Source of the DNA: Nostoc sp.
GTDB lineage: Bacteria > Cyanobacteriota > Cyanobacteriia > Cyanobacteriales > Nostocaceae
Assembly: GCA_036918135.1 (NCBI GenBank)
Contig: JBALDB010000038.1
Location: 32,001 to 96,000, forward strand
Length of the DNA: 64,000 bases
Direction: 5' to 3'
Under the pieces are notes generated by a model, which had not been told where the DNA came from, ran no database searches, and saw only the letters and a list, made by a program, of their open reading frames with translations. Of this stretch, positions 1 through 10,113 are shown piece by piece; position 1 is the first letter of the stretch; each line of letters starts with the position of its first letter. A program made the translations under genes and the position numbers.

Positions 1-1657
1 TGGCTCGTTGCAACTGTTCTGCGTGTTGCTGAATCGAGACAATTAGGTTGGCTCGGTCGAGGGCGATGGCTATCTGCTCAGACATCAATTGCAGCAAATC
101 GATTTCTTCTGAGGTAAAGCAAGTGCGGGTGCGGCTACCAAACGAGATGGTTCCTAATAACTGTTCTTGGACAATTAACGGTTGACTGATATAAGCGGTG
201 GCACTCAGGTCGCGGACGATTTGGGCACGAGGATGAGTGGCAATTTCGGCGCGGTTGAGAACGATTTGCCGTCGTTCTTGAGCTATCCATCCACAGAGGG
301 ATTCACCAAACTCGACCCACTCAAACGCCTCAGCCACCTCTTGAGTAATACCCTCATGGTTTTTCAAATGCAAGATGGGGCGGTTGTCTTTTGACTCCAC
401 AATGTAGTTGTAGTAAAAGTCCAACCCTAGCTGGGGTGCGAGTTTGCTAAATAAATTATGCATCAGCGTCATTGGTTGCTCGACCGCCAGGAGATCGCTG
501 GTGATGTCATAGAGCAACCGAAAGCGTTCATCGGCTTGCCGCTGTGAGGTGATATCGCGCATGATTTTAATAAATCCTTGCACGTCGTCGTCGGGTTCAT
601 CGCGTAAGGGCATTACAAAGCCACTACCCCAAAAGCGGCTACCGTCTTTTCGGATATGCCAGCACTCATTTTCTGCCTGTCCTTGAGTTTGGGCGGTCTG
701 CAATTCCCAACCAACGTGGTCTTGTAGGTTGTCTTCAAAGGAATAAAGGCAGTGACACTCACAGCCAATTATTTCTGCTTCTGAATAGTCGAACAAGTCT
801 TCGGCACCAGCACTCCAAGTGGTGATTATACCGTTGGGATCGAGGGTTAAAATGGCATATTCTTTTGCACTTGCCACCATTAACCGAAAGCGAGCTTCAC
901 TTTGTTTGAGGGCAATTTCGATTTTTTTGCGAGCGGTAATGTCGTAGGACATTGCCAGCACAGCATCAACTTCACCGCGCTCGTTGCGTAAGGGTGTGCC
1001 ATGAGAGATATAGTAGCGATCGTGGCTGTTGTGTTCTAAGGTAAACGATTCGCCATTAAGAGCTTGACGGAAGTTGGGTTCGTAGCTGGCTGCCAGGGTT
1101 GGGCTGAGGGCTTCCCAGAGTGTTTTGCCGACAAAGTTTTCAGTAGTCATGCCGACCCATTCCAGCGCTTCGCCTTCTGCCAGCTGGTAGCGCAAATCTC
1201 GATCCACAATGAATACAGCGCCATGAGGCAGGTTGGCTGCGACTTGACGCAAGCGGGCTTCGGCAAGTTGGCGATCGCGCTTTTGTTGGGCTTCTCGCAG
1301 CGCTCGTTGGACACAAGGAACCAACCGCCCTAAGTTGCGCTTTAGCACATAGTCGGTGGCTCCCAGTTTCAGCGCTTCAATCGCCAATTCTTCGCCCATA
1401 CTGCCAGAGACGAAAATAAAGGGCGTGTCAGAACAAAGCTTTTGGGCAATTTTCAAGGCGGAAATGCCATCAAAACCAGGCAAAGTATAGTCTGCCAAAA
1501 TCAAATCGAACGTATTGGTTTCTAATGCCCTGACAAACTCAGCACGAGTTTCCACCCGTAGCAGTTCAAAATTAGCGCCGCCATCAGTCAGTGTGAGATG
1601 TATCACCTCTGCGTCAAGGGGATTGTCTTCGAGCAAAAGAAACCGGAGTGCTATCAT
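1..1657 (-). CDS. Multi-sensor signal transduction protein (REC-PAS-PAS-GAF..., probably a hybrid histidine kinase), runs off the window edge
   Basis: Not in the ORF track because it is open to the edge. ATG at 1657 reads MIALRFLLLEDNPLDAEVIHLTL...DLILADYTLPGFDGISAL...GATDYVLKRNL (receiver), followed by PAS motifs (WSAGAEDLFDY, WHIRKDGSRFWGSG) and a GAF (GEFLCGWIAQER). Confidence 0.9.
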   Translation of the reverse strand, partial: MIALRFLLLEDNPLDAEVIHLTLTDGGANFELLRVETRAEFVRALETNTFDLILADYTLPGFDGISALKIAQKLCSDTPFIFVSGSMGEELAIEALKLGATDYVLKRNLGRLVPCVQRALREAQQKRDRQLAEARLRQVAANLPHGAVFIVDRDLRYQLAEGEALEWVGMTTENFVGKTLWEALSPTLAASYEPNFRQALNGESFTLEHNSHDRYYISHGTPLRNERGEVDAVLAMSYDITARKKIEIALKQSEARFRLMVASAKEYAILTLDPNGIITTWSAGAEDLFDYSEAEIIGCECHCLYSFEDNLQDHVGWELQTAQTQGQAENECWHIRKDGSRFWGSGFVMPLRDEPDDDVQGFIKIMRDITSQRQADERFRLLYDITSDLLAVEQPMTLMHNLFSKLAPQLGLDFYYNYIVESKDNRPILHLKNHEGITQEVAEAFEWVEFGESLCGWIAQERRQIVLNRAEIATHPRAQIVRDLSATAYISQPLIVQEQLLGTISFGSRTRTCFTSEEIDLLQLMSEQIAIALDRANLIVSIQQHAEQLQRA

Positions 1658-1659
1658 GA

Positions 1660-4600
1660 CTATGCCTCATATTTCGGCAGCGAAAAGTAGAACGTTGCGC
1701 CTTGGTCGATTGCGCCTTCTGCCCAGATGCTTCCCCCATGTCGATGAACGATCCGCCGTACAGTGGCAAGCCCGACACCCGTGCCAGGAAACTGTTCTTG
1801 GGGATGCAACCGTTGAAATATACTGAATAGTCGATCGTAATATTTCATGTCGAACCCTGCACCATTATCTTTGACAAAGAAAATCACTGACTGCTCCTGT
1901 TCTATGCTACCAATTGTGATGACAGGTTCAGTGTTATTGCGACTGTACTTGACAGCATTCGACAGCAAATTTTGCAATACTAATCGTAACAGCGTCGGAT
2001 CGCCTTCTACCATTGGCAATGGCTCAATTTGCCAGTCAAGCGATCGCTCGATTAGTTCCGGCTGCAATTGTTCTCGCACCTGCAGCACCAATTGACTTAT
2101 ATTAACAGTAGTCAAATGCATTTCTGTCTTCCTCAGGCAGGAGAATTTCAGCAAGTCCTCTACCATTTTTTCTACCTCAAGAGCAGATTTCGTGATAATG
2201 TTGAGAGTCTGCAAACTGGATGCATCGACGACGGTTGTATCGAGCTTGCCTTGCAACCGTTCGGCAAAGCTGCTGATGTAGCGTAGCGGCGTTCGCAAAT
2301 CGTGGGATACCGAGGAAGAAAACGCCTCCAGTTCTTGGTTGATGGCTTCTAGTTGAGCCGTGCGGGCTTTCACTTGTTGCTCCAAGCGCTCATTGAGTGT
2401 TTGTACCGCCTGCATCACCTGTTCGCGGTAGACCGCTTCGCGTCGCAGTTGTGCTAATTTTAGGTTCGCATCAACTCGCGCTAACAGTTCTCGTGCCGAG
2501 AATGGTTTAATTAAGTAGTCATCTGCGCCAGTTTCTAAACCTTGCAGCCGTGATTCTTCGCCAGCACGGGCAGAGAGCAAAATAATCGGAATTGTCTGGG
2601 TATTTAGTGAAGCTCGTAGCGATCGCAATAACTCAAAGCCATCCATTCTGGGCATCATCACATCTGCTAACACCAAGTCATAGATGGCACTTTCACCACG
2701 CCGGATCGCAGTCAGTGCCGCTAACCCGTCATTTACAGTTTCCACCTCGTAGTACTGGTTTAATAACCGCTTGAGATAGCCGCGCATATCGGCGTTGTCA
2801 TCCACTAGGAGAATGCGCGCCCTCTTGGAGCTTTGAACCTTAACCTCTGAGCTTTGAGCCTTAATCTCTGAGCTTTGAGCCTTAATCTCTGAGCTTTGAA
2901 GTTGAAATTCTGTGCTTTCGTCAAGGGCAGTTCCCCCTGCCCCTTGCCCCCTGCCCCCTTCCTCTTGTTCAGGTAGCCAAAGTAAGGCTTCTTCCACAAA
3001 AGCATTTGCAGTTACAGCCGTCGATGGCAGTGTCGAGGCAACCCAAATTTGGCCGGCGGGTAGATGGGCGATTCCGGTGGGGATGGTGACGGTGAAGGTT
3101 GTGCCTTGGTCTACTGCGCTCGTAACCGCGATCGCGCCGCCGTGCCGCTTGACGAGTTCCTGCACCAAAGATAAGCCAATGCCTGAGCCTTCATAGCTGC
3201 GCCCCTTCGCGCCTTTGACTTGATAGAACCTTTCAAACAGGTGAGGCAGTTCGGAAGGTGAAATACCTACGCCCGTGTCGCTGACCATTAATTCAACTGT
3301 GTTTGCTTTGGGTTTGAGCGAGACAGAAATGATACCCTCGAAGGTAAATTTTAAGGCATTGGAGAGTAGATTTAACACAATCTTTTCCCACATTTCTCGA
3401 TCAACGTAAATGGGATCGGGTAGGGGAGGACAATCGACGACTAACTGCAAATTGGCATTCTCAATCGCCGAGCGGAAAACACTTGCCAGTTCTGCCGTGT
3501 AGGTGGATAAGTCGGTGGGTTCGTAGTTTGCTTTCAGGCGATCGGCTTCGATGCGGGAAAAGTCGAGCAGCGTGTTGACCAGTTTCAGCAAACGCAAGCT
3601 GTTGCGATGTGCAAGTTCCAGCCGTTCCCGTTGTGAAGAAGTTAGGGGATTTACCGAATCGCTTAACGCATCTTGCAAAGGAGCCAGCAACAGCGTTATG
3701 GGCGTGCGAAATTCATGGCTGACATTGCTGAAGAAAAGGGTTTTGGCGCGATCGAGTTCTGCCAGAGATTCCGCTCGTTGGCGTTCTTCTTCGCGGGCGG
3801 CTTGTTCTTGAATCCGTTGAATTTCCGATTTCTGTAAGGCGGCTTCGGCACGGGCGCGTTCGACTGCCGCCCAAGTGCGCTCCGCCGTTTCGCTTAAGAT
3901 TTCCAGGTCGGACGGCATCCAGTCGCGCGGCTCTGGGTGTGCGAAGAAGAGATAGGCCGCAAGAGTACCTCCCTTGAGCAGCGGGATAGCCCCACCTGCG
4001 CGCATGTTGATCGCCGCAAACGCCGCCCAGGTCTCAGGGGTCATGCTACCGTCCTCGTCGTGATTGGCGAAGAAAACCGACTCTCCGCTTTGCATCCTTT
4101 GGGCCATGCTCCCAAAATCACTAAGGGTGTAACGCATCTTCAGGCTGGGTATACGGCCGTCATTGTACTCGTCAGTGATCGTGGCGGCGAGTCCACCCGG
4201 CTCTGTCTCCGCGTACCCCACCGCCGCAATATTGAGCCGCTCGGCTAAGTGAGATGCAGCGATCGCCTTTATTCTGGAGGAATCGGCAAGCGGCCGCAGC
4301 GCATCTGACAGCTTCACCCGGAAGGCATCGAGTTCAGCAGCGCGGCGCAATTGTGCTTCTGCCTGTTTGCGATTGGTGATGTCATTAAATACAACCGCAA
4401 CTCGCCTTTGGTCATCACTACCGACTTTAAATACATAAAAGTCGTACCAAATTTGGTCAGGTTCGGCATATCGCTCTAGCCGTTCAGCTTGACCCGTTTG
4501 GGCAACGCGATCAAATATCTCGTACCAATATTCTTCATAGTTTGGACTAATTTCTCTGAGTCGCTGCCCACGAAAACTTTGCCCCGTCATGTGAATTGCG

Positions 4601-6414
4601 GCTGGATTCTCATCAATATAGAAGAGGTCAATGAGTCGATCGTTTTCGTCAAAAATCACCTCACAAAGGAAATACCCTTCGTCCATTGAGTTGAACAGCG
4701 ATCGATATTTGGCTTCCGATTGGCGCAGAGCTTCTTCAGCGCGTTTGCGCTCCGTTATATCACTGCTGGCTCCGAACCATTCCACGATTTCTCCCTGCTC
4801 ATTCAGCATCGGGATGGCACGCGAGAACACCCAGCCGATCGTACCATCCTGTTGAATGACGCGATGTTCTAACTCAAATTTGCTCTTGGTGCGAATGGCT
4901 GCTTGAATGGTCGCCCACACGTGCGATCGCTCTTCTAGGGGAATATAGGTTTCAAACCAGGTGCGACTTGGGTTTTCAATGTTGGCGAGGATATTTTTAC
5001 CTTCGAGGTTTCGCATCTCCCGCCAATCTGCGCTCATGCGGTAGATCATGTTCGAGCTGGCAGTGACAAATAAGCGAAATTGTTCTTCGCTCTTGCGCCG
5101 GGCAAGTTCTGATTGTTTGCTCTCGGTAATATCGATGATGAACTCGACGCATTCAGATGCGCTGCCGCTGCCCGTCAGCCGTGTAGGTGCGAAAAGTCCC
5201 CACCAGTGCGAGCCATCTTTGCGGATCATCTGCTTTTCATAAGGGGCGGTTTCTCCCCGAACGGCGAGTTCCTCTGCGGCACGGGCAGTCACGTCGATAA
5301 ATTTGGGCAGGGTCAGCACCTCCCAATGCACGGTGTTGAGCAGTTCATCGCGGCTGTAGCCGCTCATTTGCACAAACGTCTCGTTTGCTCCGGTCATCCG
5401 CCCGTCGAGGCTAAAGAACAGCACGCCGACGGTTTCGATTGAAAACGCTTTTTGCAAAAGTGCTTCTGATTCTTGAATCACTTGTTGGGCTTGTCGCTGC
5501 TCAATCAAATCGGCAGCTTGACGGGCGAGTAAATCGAGAAACCGCAGTTGGCGATCGCTCGGTCGATGGTGTTTGCGCCAATGGGTCGAAACCATGCCGA
5601 GCGGTTTGCCGGAACGGGCGATCAGAGGGGTTGACTGTGCTGAAAAATACCCCGCCTCCAGATGCATTTGCATCGAGCCGTCGGGGTCTGCGCTTTTTGG
5701 CACGTCAAAATCTAGAAAAGTGCGTTCGCCGTTTCTCAGTGCGATGCCGCAGGGTGTGTTGGAATTTGCATTCACACGGTAGAAATGCTCGATCGTATTC
5801 TGCTCAAAACCTTGTGTGGCAAGCAGTAGCAACTCCTGTGTTGCTTCGTCGAGAATTTGTACTGTTCCAGCATCCGCCCGCGTCAGAGCGATCGCAACAG
5901 CCATAATCTCCTGGTAAAGTGTCTGAATGTCGCCTTCGGTTACAAGCCTCACGCTCAGTTCGTGCAGTAGTTGCGTATCTTTCAGGTCTGACTCGATGGT
6001 TGATAAAGCTTGTTTGCGCTTGGTAGCATCTTTGTCAAGTTCCGGCGCTTGTTGCAATGCCCGTTGTACCGATGGCACTAACCGCCCTAAGCGTTGCTTG
6101 AGTACATAATCTGTCGCGCCCTGTTTGATAGCTTCAATCGCCAATTCTTCGCCCAAACTGCCAGAGATGAAAATAAACGGCACCTCAGGACACAGGCGAC
6201 GGGCGATCGTTAGTGCCGCAATCTCATCAAAATTAGACAAGGCATAGTCTGCCAAAATCAAGTCGATTTCGTCGGTTTCCAGTGTTCTAATAAAATCAGC
6301 GCGAGTCTCTACCCGCAGTAGTTCACAGTCAATACCGCCCTCTCTCAGCGTGGCTTGCACGACTTCTGCATCGGGAAGATTAGCTTCGAGTAAGAGAAAC
6401 TCAAGTGCTGACAT
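1660..6414 (-). CDS. Hybrid histidine kinase: REC-GAF-3xPAS-GAF-HisKA-HATPase-REC-HisKA-HATPase
   Basis: Two H-boxes (SHEFRTP, SHDLRTP), two N/G-box sets (NLLSNA..DTGVG..GSGIGL; NLLSNA..DNGAG..GTGVGL), two receiver domains. Confidence 0.93.
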   Translation of the reverse strand: MSALEFLLLEANLPDAEVVQATLREGGIDCELLRVETRADFIRTLETDEIDLILADYALSNFDEIAALTIARRLCPEVPFIFISGSLGEELAIEAIKQGATDYVLKQRLGRLVPSVQRALQQAPELDKDATKRKQALSTIESDLKDTQLLHELSVRLVTEGDIQTLYQEIMAVAIALTRADAGTVQILDEATQELLLLATQGFEQNTIEHFYRVNANSNTPCGIALRNGERTFLDFDVPKSADPDGSMQMHLEAGYFSAQSTPLIARSGKPLGMVSTHWRKHHRPSDRQLRFLDLLARQAADLIEQRQAQQVIQESEALLQKAFSIETVGVLFFSLDGRMTGANETFVQMSGYSRDELLNTVHWEVLTLPKFIDVTARAAEELAVRGETAPYEKQMIRKDGSHWWGLFAPTRLTGSGSASECVEFIIDITESKQSELARRKSEEQFRLFVTASSNMIYRMSADWREMRNLEGKNILANIENPSRTWFETYIPLEERSHVWATIQAAIRTKSKFELEHRVIQQDGTIGWVFSRAIPMLNEQGEIVEWFGASSDITERKRAEEALRQSEAKYRSLFNSMDEGYFLCEVIFDENDRLIDLFYIDENPAAIHMTGQSFRGQRLREISPNYEEYWYEIFDRVAQTGQAERLERYAEPDQIWYDFYVFKVGSDDQRRVAVVFNDITNRKQAEAQLRRAAELDAFRVKLSDALRPLADSSRIKAIAASHLAERLNIAAVGYAETEPGGLAATITDEYNDGRIPSLKMRYTLSDFGSMAQRMQSGESVFFANHDEDGSMTPETWAAFAAINMRAGGAIPLLKGGTLAAYLFFAHPEPRDWMPSDLEILSETAERTWAAVERARAEAALQKSEIQRIQEQAAREEERQRAESLAELDRAKTLFFSNVSHEFRTPITLLLAPLQDALSDSVNPLTSSQRERLELAHRNSLRLLKLVNTLLDFSRIEADRLKANYEPTDLSTYTAELASVFRSAIENANLQLVVDCPPLPDPIYVDREMWEKIVLNLLSNALKFTFEGIISVSLKPKANTVELMVSDTGVGISPSELPHLFERFYQVKGAKGRSYEGSGIGLSLVQELVKRHGGAIAVTSAVDQGTTFTVTIPTGIAHLPAGQIWVASTLPSTAVTANAFVEEALLWLPEQEEGGRGQGAGGTALDESTEFQLQSSEIKAQSSEIKAQSSEVKVQSSKRARILLVDDNADMRGYLKRLLNQYYEVETVNDGLAALTAIRRGESAIYDLVLADVMMPRMDGFELLRSLRASLNTQTIPIILLSARAGEESRLQGLETGADDYLIKPFSARELLARVDANLKLAQLRREAVYREQVMQAVQTLNERLEQQVKARTAQLEAINQELEAFSSSVSHDLRTPLRYISSFAERLQGKLDTTVVDASSLQTLNIITKSALEVEKMVEDLLKFSCLRKTEMHLTTVNISQLVLQVREQLQPELIERSLDWQIEPLPMVEGDPTLLRLVLQNLLSNAVKYSRNNTEPVITIGSIEQEQSVIFFVKDNGAGFDMKYYDRLFSIFQRLHPQEQFPGTGVGLATVRRIVHRHGGSIWAEGAIDQGATFYFSLPKYEA
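2828..2911 (-). repeat. In-frame 21-nt tandem repeat (4 units) encoding QSSE(I/V)K(A/V) heptads in the kinase linker
   Basis: Units GAGCTTTGA(A/G)CCTTAA(C/T)CTCT on the + strand; the fourth unit is divergent. Confidence 0.85.
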
Positions 6415-6656
6415 AATTTTCTTCCTGCTGTTTTGGTAGTGCCTTGGGTATATATAGCGATTCTTATTTACATGAGGTACACGGGTAGGGGCTGTTGTGT
6501 GCCCATACGTGTCAACTTAAGTTCAAACCCTTACCCCATAGACATTTTATCCCACTCCAACCCGACGGTGTACATACAAGAACCGTCCGAAAATTAAATT
6601 CCCGTAAGCATAGTATATAAAATTTAATTTTTATAAATCTTAATATTCACCATATA

Positions 6657-6749
6657 TATAGCCATAGTCATATAGGTTAGGACATAATAACAAGTGCGAA
6701 TGTCAGCAAGAGTAATGTTTTTACCTCCTGCCCCCTGCCTCCTGCTATA
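6657..6749. mobile_element. MITE-like dispersed element, TATAGC...GCTATA family, copy 1 of 4
   Basis: TATAGC-N-TTAGGACAT-N-TTTTACCTCCTGCC-N-CTCCTGCTATA layout shared with 34229, 37176 and 59757. Confidence 0.75.
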
Positions 6750-7106
6750 GCTTTTGCAGATTGTATAGAATTAATAAATCGTGTTGACGCTCAAAATTTG
6801 AAAATCATACTTTTTGTCTCTAAACTACCATCAACTATCTCAAACCCTGATTGCTACCTTGAGCGAAGACATATAAGCACCCTTTAAAACCCTGTAAATT
6901 TTGAAGCAGTGTCATGTGTGCAAAGGGATTCGACAATCTTATAACCCAAAAATCGACAAGCTAGTTTTAAAGGCAGTAAGCTATTGCCACCAAGGCAGTC
7001 CAGAAGCCGCAACTAAAAGCATTTCCCTCTGGTGTTCTGGTGTTGCTTGAATAAGAAAAATGCTACAGTTAAGAGCTAAACGATCGCCAAAAATGTAAAT
7101 TAAGAT

Positions 7107-7301
7107 ATGGCTGACCAAAAAGATAAAGCTCAAGAAAAAAACCGCCTCGAACAGCTTCAAGAAGAACAAGGCAACACGGATTCTAAACACTCAGGCGGTG
7201 CTGGCGCTTCTGGCGGCAATTCCGGTGCAGGCAAATCTGGCACATCAAAAATTTCTGCCACTGGTACACCTGATGATATTGAAAAAATCGATCGCGAGTA
7301 A
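7107..7301 (+). CDS. Small hydrophilic Gly/Ser-rich protein (64 aa), hydrophilin-like
   Basis: ATG start, low-complexity charged/Gly-rich sequence, downstream hairpin GTGGATTGAATA...TATTCAGTCCAC. Confidence 0.65.
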   Translation: MADQKDKAQEKNRLEQLQEEQGNTDSKHSGGAGASGGNSGAGKSGTSKISATGTPDDIEKIDRE

Positions 7302-7560
7302 AGCTGACTTTGACGAGTCAAGGTTTAACTGCGTCGGCTCTGATTAGTAACTTAATTTAACAATGGTGGATTGAATACTTTATTATTCAGTCCACTGCAA
7401 GGCGATCGCAACCCATCATCACAAGGCGCACCCGAAAGTTAAGTAATGTTCAATGCGGTGCAATATTTGTCAGACTTGGGGAGCGATCGCTTTTTGCTCG
7501 TAGTCATAAATAAAGCGATCGCTGTGACTAAATGCTAAATCTTCTCCTTTCTATGCTCAG

Positions 7561-9165
7561 CTATAATTCATCCCAAACCACAGGAAAGGAGTAATCTGAA
7601 AATGCAGAGTTAACCTGATTTTCACTACTGCGGGTTTCTTCATCCAAAACTTTAACGACTTTGTTATAAATATCTTGTGCTTGTTGAGGGGAATCACCGA
7701 TGCTGGTTAATCCCAACTTGCCAAACTGCGAAAGACAACCCATAAGATGAAATACTGTGCCTGTTTCAGTACCGCTGTCAAAGTGCAGTCTGTGGTGAGC
7801 GATGATATCCATCAAATCATTCGGTAATAATCCCCGATAGCGGTCTTTTTGCAGGTTGTCAGTAGCAACGTAGTATTTGGGACGACCTTGCTGGCTGTAA
7901 AATAAGCCTGTGGAGAGATCGTAGCGACCGTTTGTTAATAATTTCAAGGTCATGAATGGATGAGTTGTGCCGCCTTTACGCAAGTTAATTTCGATCGCCT
8001 GAATCTCCCACTCTCCATTACCCCTGTCAACGTTGATAAAATCTACGCCAAATCGTTCTAAAGCACCTTTCTCAGCTAGCTTTCTGCCAACTTGGATTCC
8101 CAATTGCTGTAATTGCAAGCGATAACTTTCATCAGCAGGAAAGCGACAACCAAGATAAATCTGACCGTCTGGGCCTCCAAGAATTTGGTCGTGGGTTGAG
8201 AGGATTTCCACTTCACCACCGGGCGTAATCCGTCCTTGAACGCTGGGCGATCGCTTGATTTCTCCCTCCACAAATGCTTCTACAATTGCGCCTAATTCTG
8301 GAATTTTTGCGGAAAAACTCTGCCAATTTTCTTGTTTGGCTTGAAAGCGCATTGTTGAAAAGCGATCGCTAATTGCTGTTACCCTTTGAGCATGAGTACT
8401 TTCACCAGGTGCGACATTCTCAATTGGTTTTAAATCTAGTAATGCATTTCCTTCTCCGGAAATACCTTCATTCAGTTTCACTACTAGTTTTTGTAACCTC
8501 GGTTGGTGGCGTTCCCACAAATCACTAGCAGCTTCTGCTAAATCGCTGTGATGCCAAACTTTTTCGCTACCATCTGGATGGGGTACTTCACTTTCCTTAA
8601 AAATTTGCCGACTACCACTTTTTGTCCCCCAAATCTGTAAATCCGGTGCAGCAGCATACAATGGTACGCCCAGTTTTACAGATAATTCCCCTTCATAAGT
8701 CGATGAATTGTAGCATATCATGAATGATTTATCTAGCCTCAAAGCTTGACGAATCCGCTCTAATAAACGAGGACGTTCTAAAATCTTTTGACTTAAAGGC
8801 TTGAGGGAAGAATCGTAAGTAGAAAGTAGCAGTAAGCGATTGCGAGCATGAGAAAAGGGAATTCCTGGTAAAAGTTGTAAATAATAATCAATGATACTGG
8901 GATGCAGTGGTATTGATGTAACATAAATCAGTCTAGTACGCGGATTTCGCAAGCGAATCAAGGAAAACAGCAATCTTTCTTCATAATGTTCGCAGCCTTC
9001 AATTTTTCGGAGTTCGCCCTGGTCAATGCTCAGGGAGGGAATAATTAAAATATCTGCTTCACCATTATCAAATAGCTCGATGGTTTTCCAGCGATCGCGC
9101 AGAGTTGATTGCAGATGGCGAAACTTTTCAACTTGCTCTAATTCAGAAATATCCAGTGTTGCCAT
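7561..9165 (-). CDS. Peptide ligase PGM1-related ATP-grasp protein
   Basis: YEERLLF and VVKLNEGISGEGNA, SPSVQ, IEINLRKGGTTHP ATP-grasp motifs. Likely start MATLD at 9165 (ORF extends to 9213). Confidence 0.8.
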   Translation of the reverse strand: MATLDISELEQVEKFRHLQSTLRDRWKTIELFDNGEADILIIPSLSIDQGELRKIEGCEHYEERLLFSLIRLRNPRTRLIYVTSIPLHPSIIDYYLQLLPGIPFSHARNRLLLLSTYDSSLKPLSQKILERPRLLERIRQALRLDKSFMICYNSSTYEGELSVKLGVPLYAAAPDLQIWGTKSGSRQIFKESEVPHPDGSEKVWHHSDLAEAASDLWERHQPRLQKLVVKLNEGISGEGNALLDLKPIENVAPGESTHAQRVTAISDRFSTMRFQAKQENWQSFSAKIPELGAIVEAFVEGEIKRSPSVQGRITPGGEVEILSTHDQILGGPDGQIYLGCRFPADESYRLQLQQLGIQVGRKLAEKGALERFGVDFINVDRGNGEWEIQAIEINLRKGGTTHPFMTLKLLTNGRYDLSTGLFYSQQGRPKYYVATDNLQKDRYRGLLPNDLMDIIAHHRLHFDSGTETGTVFHLMGCLSQFGKLGLTSIGDSPQQAQDIYNKVVKVLDEETRSSENQVNSAFSDYSFPVVWDEL

Positions 9166-9434
9166 AATCCCTACCTGTCGCGATCCAAAAACTGCTCTAG
9201 TCCTCTGGTACATCCTAAGTCACTTTTTTGACAAGTTACTCCTTTGAATAAAATTAATATTAATTAATTTTATTGTTCGCAGGTTGAGTAGCTTTAATTG
9301 GTTTAAGCAAACCAGAGAAACTTGGCGAAAAGTGGTAGAAGGTTCTGAGAAAATACCAGCCTTAATTAATATTAACGGAAATAGCAAGTATTACGGCGTG
9401 TATTTTGGCAGCTATAAAGGGTAAGGGAAAAATT

Positions 9435-9557
9435 TATAGCAGTCGGAAATAAGAAAGTGAAATATTGCTGCTATTAGCTGTTGACTGTTGACTGTTAACA
9501 ATTGACACTCAACAGCCACCACTGATATTTTTCACAACTCAAAGTTGGATTGCTATA
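9435..9557. mobile_element. MITE-like element with TATAGCAGTC...GATTGCTATA ends enclosing TGTTGAC heptamer repeats
   Basis: Imperfect terminal inverted repeats and internal STRR-like repeats. Confidence 0.55.
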
Positions 9558-10113
9558 TATTGAAATTTCTTGTCATGTCTTACAACAATAACAGGCAAGA
9601 TTACTAAATTAGAAATTCTAATTTATGTATTCTATATATTTCTTGAATTTGATTTTACGTCTTAAGGTTGAGCAAGTTTGATATTGCTTTATCTCTGGAG
9701 AGCGATAAAGTTTAGCAATATACATAGTTAACTTAAAATATAAATGGAAAGGACAATTTTTTCATCCTATGAAACTTGTGTACTTATTTTTTTGGTCAGA
9801 TAAATAGCGTGTGTTAAATGTGAGTAACGACAATGCAAGCCGCATATCGCAACCAGAAAAGAGTACATTTGCTAAGCATTGGGTGTATAAAAGTCTAAAA
9901 TGGCAAATGGCAAGTCGAAGTCAAAGCAAAAAATAAACCTTGGGTTAAATGTACGCTCCAAAGTTTACTTTTGAAAATAAAAAGTGAGGAGTAAGAAGTC
10001 AAAAGATAAAAGGTAAAAGTAAAAATAAAAGAACATCACTGCCTTTTGAACTTTTACTTTTTACTTTCCCCTACTAGTTGTCAACTAAATCTTCAATTAC
10101 CAAAACAAGACTT

